Sequence record: SRR22947727_1468
Direction: 5' to 3' (one strand)
Length of the DNA stretch: 34,355 nucleotides
Shown here piece by piece: positions 27,832 to 34,355 of this stretch (positions are counted from its first letter, which is position 1; the number at the start of each line of letters is the position of its first letter). The translations under genes were made by a program, and so were the position numbers. The notes below the pieces were generated by a model, which was given only the letters and a program-made list of their open reading frames with translations, was not told where the DNA came from and searched no databases.

Positions 27832-30120
27832 TTAAGTGGGGTTGTCCATGCGCGCGGTGAGGTTGACGCTCCCGCGACAGGCCCGCGACCAGTTCAATTT
27901 CACCTGGCTGCCGCTGCCCCCTTGCTCGGCCTGAGAATGCGGCAATTCATAGATATTCGCACTGACTGATTGAATGGCTCCAACCGGAACCACCGCCTCA
28001 ACTGTCCGCGCGCGGCCATTGAACGGTAGAGATGGCGCAAAATCAACCGTCCAGGTTTGAGTATCTGAGGCTTGGCTATGCTCCAAAATGCACGGATTGT
28101 AGATTGGCTCACTGATGGCATCGAACGTATTGCCTTGCACCACGACATTGCGCGCCTTGCTGTGGTTGAGCGTGGCGAAAGTGCTGTCCACGGACTCGAC
28201 CCGGTCAATTGGCCCGTTGATTGAACGAAAGACATTGCCGGTCATCGTCAGCCCATGCACGAAATGGCCTGGTCCATAAGGTTTAATCACCAAAAAGCTA
28301 AACCAAGAGGCCACATCATTGGCAGTGAAAATATTGCCGGTGATGGTCAATCCCCCGAAAGAGTATTGGTTTGCAAAGGACGGATCCGCCTCATATTCAT
28401 TGGTCCATTCAATGAAGTTATTGTCGACATAATTGCCCGTGATCAGAGTTTTGAGATTTGTTGTGGCAAAAACGATCCCACCCTTGCGCACCCCGTTGGT
28501 TTCGTTGTCGCCATGAAACCAGTGATTGCCGGTAATCACTGACCCCGATCCGCCCATAATGCCGAAATGCATGAAGTGCATTGCCCTGCAATCGCGGATT
28601 TTAACGTCGTTTTTATTGGCGTTAAAGGCAATGGACACCCGATCTTGCACCTTTAGCGGGCTTTCGTTTGAGATGAATTGACAGCGATCAAACATCATCC
28701 CCTGGCAGGCCGTCCCCGGAGAGGTGATGCCGCGATCTTTGGGCTTCACGATCAAGCAATCCCGGAAGTGGAAGGTCTCGCCATCGGGCGGCAGCAACAC
28801 TGCCGAGGCATTGCCGGTACATTGAAAATCAATCCCATCAAAATGAGCCCCGCTGACCTTTTGAAATCCAGAAAAATCGAGCAGATATTTAAAACGTGTG
28901 AAGGTGAATTGATGTGTGCCCGCTGCGCCATAAAGCGGTTGGGATAAGGTTAAGGACTGACCCCCGACATTGACCTCTTTGACATAGATTTCCCGTCCAA
29001 CGCCTGTGCCTTCAACCAAAGATCCAACGGCAATATTGGCGATATTGGCCACAGAGGTCAGCGATTTCGGATCAGAGGTTGAATAGGTCGCCTGAGCCAC
29101 CACTTGATCTGGGGTCCAAGCGGCATTGGCGTTGGCTTGGATCTGACCATTTTGAACCACTCGACGGCTATTGAACACGGTTTTATTGTCGACCGCCGCT
29201 TGCATATCGAGAGGCCCATCCAACTCAGTCCGGCGCCCGCCCATATCAAGGATGTAATGGTCGTTGAAATTCAACAAGGATTGATAGGCTTTTTTGAACG
29301 CCACGACCTCATCGCCAAAAGCGTCAATATAGCTGGGCAGATTAAAGTCTTTGAGTAGGGTCAGACGGGCCGAGTCCGGCATGGTGATATTGCCCACAAA
29401 GCGCACGCGGTTTTGGAATGTGATAGACCCATTGATGCGGAAGTTCCCCCGTGGCACCAGAACTTCACGACCCGCGGCCGCCTTATCTGCCGCTTCAAAC
29501 GCGTCATGATCATCTGCGAATCCATCGCCAATAGCCCCATAGTCGCGCACATCGACCGCGCCAATCAGCTGATCGACAAAAGCGCCGCTGATATCTTCGA
29601 TAATAATATCCTCAATCCGCACAACACCGCCGCTTGGGCCGGTGAGGTCGAGGCCAAAATGCCCATAAATCGCATCTTTCCCCCAATGCAGATCGACGCC
29701 CGTGCGATTGCCGGACCCAACAATGGCCGAGAGCTCGACCACCTCACCATAGGTGTTGAGGCTGGTGACCGGCCCCGCTTCATTGACCCCGGTCAAATGC
29801 ACATTGCCCGCAGCCCCAGGCCAACCGGCGATGCTCACCGTGGGAAATGCGCCCGATACCAATTTCACACGCGTGCGAATGCGCAGATAGCAGCCCGGAG
29901 AGAGCGGTGTTTGATAGAAGGCGCGCAGCTTTTGCACGGCTTGCGTCTTGGTCAGCTCCAAGCAGCCGGAAAAATCTTGATCCGCCGGCACGAAGGCGGC
30001 GTTGGGCTCATTGTCATAGTCATCTTGCCCGGGCGTGCCGTCCTGGCTCGACCAATGATGCAATCGAAAAGCAAATTTGGGTGGTGTAAAGACGATCCCA
30101 TCGGTGATTGTTTTGTTCAT
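27832..30120 (-). CDS. Right-handed beta-helix protein (pectate lyase 3 / GH28-related, tailspike-like), ~762 aa, no signal peptide
   Basis: VDVRDYGAIGDG..DDHDAF motif, repeated ITGN.F/TGNV beta-helix rungs, ~185-aa N-terminal extra domain; AAAGGGG RBS. Confidence 0.85.
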   Translation of the reverse strand: MNKTITDGIVFTPPKFAFRLHHWSSQDGTPGQDDYDNEPNAAFVPADQDFSGCLELTKTQAVQKLRAFYQTPLSPGCYLRIRTRVKLVSGAFPTVSIAGWPGAAGNVHLTGVNEAGPVTSLNTYGEVVELSAIVGSGNRTGVDLHWGKDAIYGHFGLDLTGPSGGVVRIEDIIIEDISGAFVDQLIGAVDVRDYGAIGDGFADDHDAFEAADKAAAGREVLVPRGNFRINGSITFQNRVRFVGNITMPDSARLTLLKDFNLPSYIDAFGDEVVAFKKAYQSLLNFNDHYILDMGGRRTELDGPLDMQAAVDNKTVFNSRRVVQNGQIQANANAAWTPDQVVAQATYSTSDPKSLTSVANIANIAVGSLVEGTGVGREIYVKEVNVGGQSLTLSQPLYGAAGTHQFTFTRFKYLLDFSGFQKVSGAHFDGIDFQCTGNASAVLLPPDGETFHFRDCLIVKPKDRGITSPGTACQGMMFDRCQFISNESPLKVQDRVSIAFNANKNDVKIRDCRAMHFMHFGIMGGSGSVITGNHWFHGDNETNGVRKGGIVFATTNLKTLITGNYVDNNFIEWTNEYEADPSFANQYSFGGLTITGNIFTANDVASWFSFLVIKPYGPGHFVHGLTMTGNVFRSINGPIDRVESVDSTFATLNHSKARNVVVQGNTFDAISEPIYNPCILEHSQASDTQTWTVDFAPSLPFNGRARTVEAVVPVGAIQSVSANIYELPHSQAEQGGSGSQVKLNWSRACRGSVNLTARMDNPT

Positions 30121-30254
30121 AAAAGCCCCTTTCCAAACGCCGCTCCATGCGTTTGTGTGATTGATCCGCAACCTCAGCCCCTGAGGTAGGTGCTGCTCTG
30201 CGAAACAGGGGTAAAAGCTCGATGTTAAGAAGGCCTAGCTGTAACGTACGGTGC

Positions 30255-30656
30255 TCACACGCCGGTCTCTTGCGAGGGCAAAAGCTGGACACCATTAATG
30301 CGCCATACCCCGTCCAATTGGATCATCTGATAGGCCATGATGTGATATCGACCCTGGCCGTCGCGAATTTGCACTTTCTGCCAGTAATATCCCTCAACCG
30401 TGGCGAGTTCCAAAAATGCAATCTCAGACGGGCGGTACACCATAGGATAGCCTTGCCTGACCATGCGCCCAAACACCTCTGGCGCGCGAAATATCTGCTG
30501 AATCGTCGGGCTGGCGTAGGTAAAGGCACGTTCGAAATCATCCGCCTGAAAAGCGGTAATTTGCGCACGAATTGTTGTTTCAATCTCTTGGCTCTCGGCC
30601 CAGGCCGGCAGTGCCGTCGCAACCCAAAAAACAATCGCTAGAATGAACTTTCTCAT
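30255..30656 (-). CDS. DUF4864 family secreted protein
   Basis: Signal peptide (AWA-E), QITAFQADD..AFTYASP, FGRMVRQGYPMV, WRINGV; GGAGGG RBS. Confidence 0.85.
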   Translation of the reverse strand: MRKFILAIVFWVATALPAWAESQEIETTIRAQITAFQADDFERAFTYASPTIQQIFRAPEVFGRMVRQGYPMVYRPSEIAFLELATVEGYYWQKVQIRDGQGRYHIMAYQMIQLDGVWRINGVQLLPSQETGV

Positions 30657-30657
30657 A

Positions 30658-30704
30658 ACACCCTCCTGTTGACTGCCGTAAAATAGGACGCAACAGGAGG
30701 GGGT
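30658..30704 (-). promoter_or_regulatory. Hairpin covering the Shine-Dalgarno of the DUF4864 gene, overlapping a sigma70-like promoter
   Basis: CCCTCCTGTTG (30661-30671) / CAACAGGAGGG (30691-30701) perfect IR; minus strand TTGACC-N16-TATTTT. Confidence 0.55.
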
Positions 30705-30719
30705 CAAATTCGTCGGGGC

Positions 30720-32294
30720 TTAGGTAAACTCGCCGGCAAGGCCTTTGTCGATCAGGGCTATGCTCTCTTCGATGCCCAAAAGCGCAATAAATCCGCCAAA
30801 CCGCGGCCCCTGTGATGCGCCCAAAAGCACCTCATAGAGTGCTTTGAACCAATCGCGCATCGGGTCAAACCGCTCGCGGCCACAGGCGAAAACCAAAGAT
30901 TGCAGCGCATCCCCATCCAAACCTTGATCCCAAGCCTTCAGCCCGTCGCGCAGCGCAATCAAAGCCTCGCGTTCGAGATCCGTGGGCGCGCGGTAGACTT
31001 TGGCAGGTTTGACAAAATCATTGTAATACCGGACCGCAAACCCCGCCGCCGCGTCTAAGTCCGCATGGGTTTCGGCGGAAGCCTCGGGGGCATAACGTTT
31101 GATGAATCCCCAAAGTTGATCTTTATCCTCCGCCCCAGACACAGACGCCAGATTGAGCAGCATTGAGAAAGGCACGACCATTTTGCTGACCGGTACATCG
31201 CCGCCATGAATATGCCACACCGGATTGTTCAGACGTGCTTTGTCGTCTTGCCCCTCATAGGCGCGCAATTGCTGGTGATACTCATCTACCGCCTTGGGGA
31301 TGACATCAAAATGCATCCGCTTGGCAGTTTTGGGTTTTAGATACATGAAGTAAGACAGGCTTTCCGTGCTGGCATAGGTCAACCACTCATCAATCGACAC
31401 GCCATTGCCGGAGGTCTTGGAAATTTTCTGCCCATTCTCGTCGAGGAACAATTCATAGCTGAAATGTTCCGGTGCCGGTTGCCCCAGAATACGGCAAATT
31501 TTGTCATAAATCGGGGTATTGGTGGAGTGATCCTTGCCATACATCTCAAAATCTACCCCAAGGGCCGCCCAGCGGGCACCAAAATCGGGTTTCCACTGCA
31601 GCTTCACATTACCGCCGGTCACCGGAAGGGTCATCTCTTCACCCTCTTCTGTGTCAAAGGTGATGGTGCCATTTTTCGCATCCACAGATTTCATCGGCAC
31701 ATAAAGCACCCGACCGGTCTCAGGGTGAATGGGCAGGAAGATCGAGTAGGTCTTCTGCCGCTCCTCACGAAGCGAGGCCAGCATCACCTTCATGATGTCA
31801 TCATATTTTTCCACAGCGCGCAGCAAAATCTGATCAAATTGACCAGATTGATAAAACTCTGTGGCGCTGATGAAGTCATATTCAAAGCCAAATGTGTCCA
31901 AAAACCGGCGCAACATGGCGTTGTTGTGATGACCGAAGCTCTCATATTCCTCAAACGGATCTGGAACAGAGGTCAAGGGCCGCTGCAAATGCGCGGTCAG
32001 CCTCTCCGGATTTGGCACATTGCCCGGCACTTTGCGCATGCCGTCGAGATCATCAGAAAAACATACAAGCCGGGTTGGGATGTCGCTCAATTCTTGAAAG
32101 GCGCGCATGATCATTGTGGTGCGCGCCACTTCGCCAAAGGTGCCAATATGCGGCAGCCCGCTGGGACCATAGCCGGTCTCAAACAAGACATAGCCTTTTT
32201 CCGGCAGCTTCTTTTCAAAGCGTTTCAAAATCCGCCGCGCCTCTTCAAAGGGCCAGGCTTTCGATTGAGTAGCAGCGTCACGCATTTTGGACAT
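30720..32294 (-). CDS. lysS: Lysine--tRNA ligase, class I
   Basis: [24 protein letters not shown] (HIGH), KISKTSGN (KMSKS), QGPRFG. Confidence 0.97.
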   Translation of the reverse strand: MSKMRDAATQSKAWPFEEARRILKRFEKKLPEKGYVLFETGYGPSGLPHIGTFGEVARTTMIMRAFQELSDIPTRLVCFSDDLDGMRKVPGNVPNPERLTAHLQRPLTSVPDPFEEYESFGHHNNAMLRRFLDTFGFEYDFISATEFYQSGQFDQILLRAVEKYDDIMKVMLASLREERQKTYSIFLPIHPETGRVLYVPMKSVDAKNGTITFDTEEGEEMTLPVTGGNVKLQWKPDFGARWAALGVDFEMYGKDHSTNTPIYDKICRILGQPAPEHFSYELFLDENGQKISKTSGNGVSIDEWLTYASTESLSYFMYLKPKTAKRMHFDVIPKAVDEYHQQLRAYEGQDDKARLNNPVWHIHGGDVPVSKMVVPFSMLLNLASVSGAEDKDQLWGFIKRYAPEASAETHADLDAAAGFAVRYYNDFVKPAKVYRAPTDLEREALIALRDGLKAWDQGLDGDALQSLVFACGRERFDPMRDWFKALYEVLLGASQGPRFGGFIALLGIEESIALIDKGLAGEFT

Positions 32295-32382
32295 GTTTAA
32301 CTCCAGTTTCCTGACGCTTCCCTATTGCCGCACGCGCCTCGGGTCAATAAGTTGTCATCACAGCTGTAAAGGACGTCTCTTC

Positions 32383-32808
32383 GTGAATACCCATCCCCCT
32401 TCCCTCTCATCTCAAGATTGTCTGGTTGCGGTCATGATTGCCGTGTCTGCAAGTGACGAAAACATTCGCACAGCAGAGCTGATGAGCATTCAAGCGATCG
32501 TAAACCACCTGCCGATCTTTGGAGAGTATGATGTGGACCGCATCAAATCTGTGGCCGCCATGGTCTTGGATCTTTTGTCCGAAGAAGACGGGCTTGATGC
32601 ACTGTTTGGCTTGATCCGGGACGGTCTGCCCGATGGTTTGAACGAAACCGCCTATGCTATGGCCTGCGATGTGGCCGCGGCGGATGGAAAACTCGGGCAA
32701 ATCGAGCTGCGCATGCTGCAGGAGATACGCCATGAGCTAGAGGTTGACCGCCTGCATGGCGCGGCCATTGAAGCGGGTGCACGCGCGAGGTTTCGCACCC
32801 TAACGTAA
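32383..32808 (+). CDS. TerB-family (tellurite resistance-like) protein
   Basis: LVAVMIAVSASD, ETAYAMACDVAAADG, AAIE; GTG start with AAGGA RBS. Confidence 0.85.
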   Translation: MNTHPPSLSSQDCLVAVMIAVSASDENIRTAELMSIQAIVNHLPIFGEYDVDRIKSVAAMVLDLLSEEDGLDALFGLIRDGLPDGLNETAYAMACDVAAADGKLGQIELRMLQEIRHELEVDRLHGAAIEAGARARFRTLT

Positions 32809-34257
32809 ATGCCCCAGCCAATCGCGCAAAAGCGCATATTGCAAGCTACGCGATCGCGCCTCCCATCCCTTGGCCCCGCGTGGATTTTCACTGCCTTTCC
32901 CTTTTTCACGCCGCGCCATATCAGCGGTCAAAATCGCAAATCCGAGGCTTTTGCCTTCATATGTGAGATATCCCGACAGCGTGCTGACAAAATTCAACGT
33001 GCCAGTTTTAACCCGCAGATCCACACCCGCCATAGGCTTTCCTTTATCGCGTAAGATCTTGGGCTTGAGCAAATCGGCCAGCCCGTTGCGATGGTGCCAG
33101 GCCATGAACATGGCCAGCCCGCCGGCGGTGAGCCGCGATTGATCCGACAGACCCGAGTGATCGACAACCGCACCATGCATCCCATGGGCCTGCGCAAATT
33201 GGCTCAGAGCCGCTGCCGATTGGCGCAGGTTTGGCGCGCCTGAGGCTGTGAGGCCGATCACCTCAGCCGTCAAATTCGTCGACAATTTCAACATCGATTT
33301 GGCGATTTCATGGTAGGGGCGCGAGTTCTTTTGCGCGATATCCACCGCCATCACCGCATCCGGGTGCTGCCCCTCGACGATGGTGGGAGGTGGCAGTTCA
33401 ATGCCCATCTCCGCGCATATCGCCCGAAAAGCCTCCCCGGCATAGCGTCTTGGATTGCGCGCGGGCAACCACCGCCCCCCATCCTTGCCCAAGGCAGAGC
33501 GCTGCACGGACCAGTCCTCGCGTTCGGTTGCGTATTGATAGGCATAGCTCGGCGCGTCCCGCTCCTCAACACGCATCCCAATCGAGGGGATCTGCGGCCG
33601 ATAAATTCGCCCCGGCGCGCTCATGGACAGATCATAGCCGCCGCTGGCCTGGCGGGCCCATTCAAATTGCACCCGGTTCAGGTTGAGATTCACCCCGGCA
33701 ATCGCCGGATTATAATTGGCTTGCGGCAATTGGCTGCTGTCGATTTCACGCAGGTAGGGAAAACCATTGTCCACAATCAAAAGCCGACCTTTAACCCGTT
33801 GAATAGCTGTTTTCTGCAGCGCCTTGGCAAAATTGACCAAATCATCTGTGTGCAAAGTTGGATCCGCAGATCCCGTTAAAATGATATCCCCAACAAGCGT
33901 CCCATCGATCACCCGTCCTTGCAGACTTAAACGCGTGACGAATTGAAAATCGCGCCCAAGTTTTTGCAAGCCATAGGCGGCGGTCAGTGCTTTGGTCACA
34001 CTGGCCGGAGGCAATTCAGCTTCAGGTGCATAGGCGTCCAGAAGCTCCCCCGTTTCTGGATCCATCAGCGCGCAGCTGACCTGACCTTTGAGAGAAAACG
34101 AGCGAATAACGGCCACCGCGCCACCCAAGAGCATGGGCGATGCATCCGGCCTTGCGATGGGCCGCAAAGACTTCAAGGGCGCCCCAGCAAAGGCTGAAGT
34201 GCCAAGCGCCGCAAGGGCCGTGCTAAGCGCTGCTCTGCGTGTGAGAGTTTTTTTCAT
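32800..34257 (-). CDS. dacB: D-alanyl-D-alanine carboxypeptidase/endopeptidase (peptidase S13, PBP4), twin-arginine-like signal
   Basis: PASVTK, STN, DHSGLS, KTGTL; N-terminus TRRAALSTAL. Confidence 0.92.
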   Translation of the reverse strand: MKKTLTRRAALSTALAALGTSAFAGAPLKSLRPIARPDASPMLLGGAVAVIRSFSLKGQVSCALMDPETGELLDAYAPEAELPPASVTKALTAAYGLQKLGRDFQFVTRLSLQGRVIDGTLVGDIILTGSADPTLHTDDLVNFAKALQKTAIQRVKGRLLIVDNGFPYLREIDSSQLPQANYNPAIAGVNLNLNRVQFEWARQASGGYDLSMSAPGRIYRPQIPSIGMRVEERDAPSYAYQYATEREDWSVQRSALGKDGGRWLPARNPRRYAGEAFRAICAEMGIELPPPTIVEGQHPDAVMAVDIAQKNSRPYHEIAKSMLKLSTNLTAEVIGLTASGAPNLRQSAAALSQFAQAHGMHGAVVDHSGLSDQSRLTAGGLAMFMAWHHRNGLADLLKPKILRDKGKPMAGVDLRVKTGTLNFVSTLSGYLTYEGKSLGFAILTADMARREKGKGSENPRGAKGWEARSRSLQYALLRDWLGHLR

Positions 34258-34300
34258 CCCCAATGGCTAGCGGGGCACATGGGTCTTTGGCAAGACCATT

Positions 34301-34355
34301 TTCAAAAGACCTCTGCATAGCCCAACCGCCAAGCCAAAACACTGTGCCCGGTGGC
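34301..34355 (+). repeat. Dispersed intergenic repeat, copy B (runs off the window end)
   Basis: TTCAAAAGACCTCTGCATAGCCCAACCGCCAAGCCAAAAC...; 45/55 identical to the reverse complement of 56-110. Confidence 0.9.

Noticed and set aside
30210-30240. CtrA box upstream of the beta-helix gene
   Set aside because: Only a half-site (GTTAA); spacing does not fit TTAA-N7-TTAAC
30720-32294. Class I (archaeal-type) lysyl-tRNA synthetase as unusual
   Set aside because: Class I LysRS is common in alphaproteobacteria
1-34355. The whole window as a composite transposon bounded by the terminal inverted repeats
   Set aside because: It contains essential core genes (tmk, holB, lysS) and no transposase; a dispersed repeat at contig ends explains the pattern better

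Overview
Alphaproteobacterial chromosomal segment; gene content and order point to the marine roseobacter group (inference). Left part (1-12.1 kb) is accessory catabolism and transport: a frameshifted GT2, a two-gene ectoine catabolic unit (doeA-doeD), DMT, AEC and VIT1 transporters, a 4-coumarate-CoA-ligase-like enzyme, and an Lrp-regulated arginase-ornithine cyclodeaminase-putA operon. putA is cut off and joined tail-to-tail to a 5' fragment of a cysteate sulfo-lyase (cuyA-like) gene. The middle (12.1-18.6 kb) looks like a decayed island at tRNA-Ser(UGA): znuA/zur-znuCB with a clear Zur box, a QuiC-type dehydroshikimate dehydratase and a truncated integrase. The right part is core genome (dacA-tmk-holB-tatD-MBL-AEC, FAD oxidoreductase, uvrB, a tailspike-like beta-helix protein, DUF4864, class I lysS, TerB family, dacB). 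I found no convincing new multi-gene system. The strongest unexplained signals are non-coding: inverted copies of the same ~55-bp repeat at both window ends, a ~104-bp TA-flanked MITE inserted into a stop codon, the putA/cuyA junction, and a hairpin that sequesters a Shine-Dalgarno sequence and overlaps a promoter-like sequence. Family calls come from recognised motifs, not database searches.
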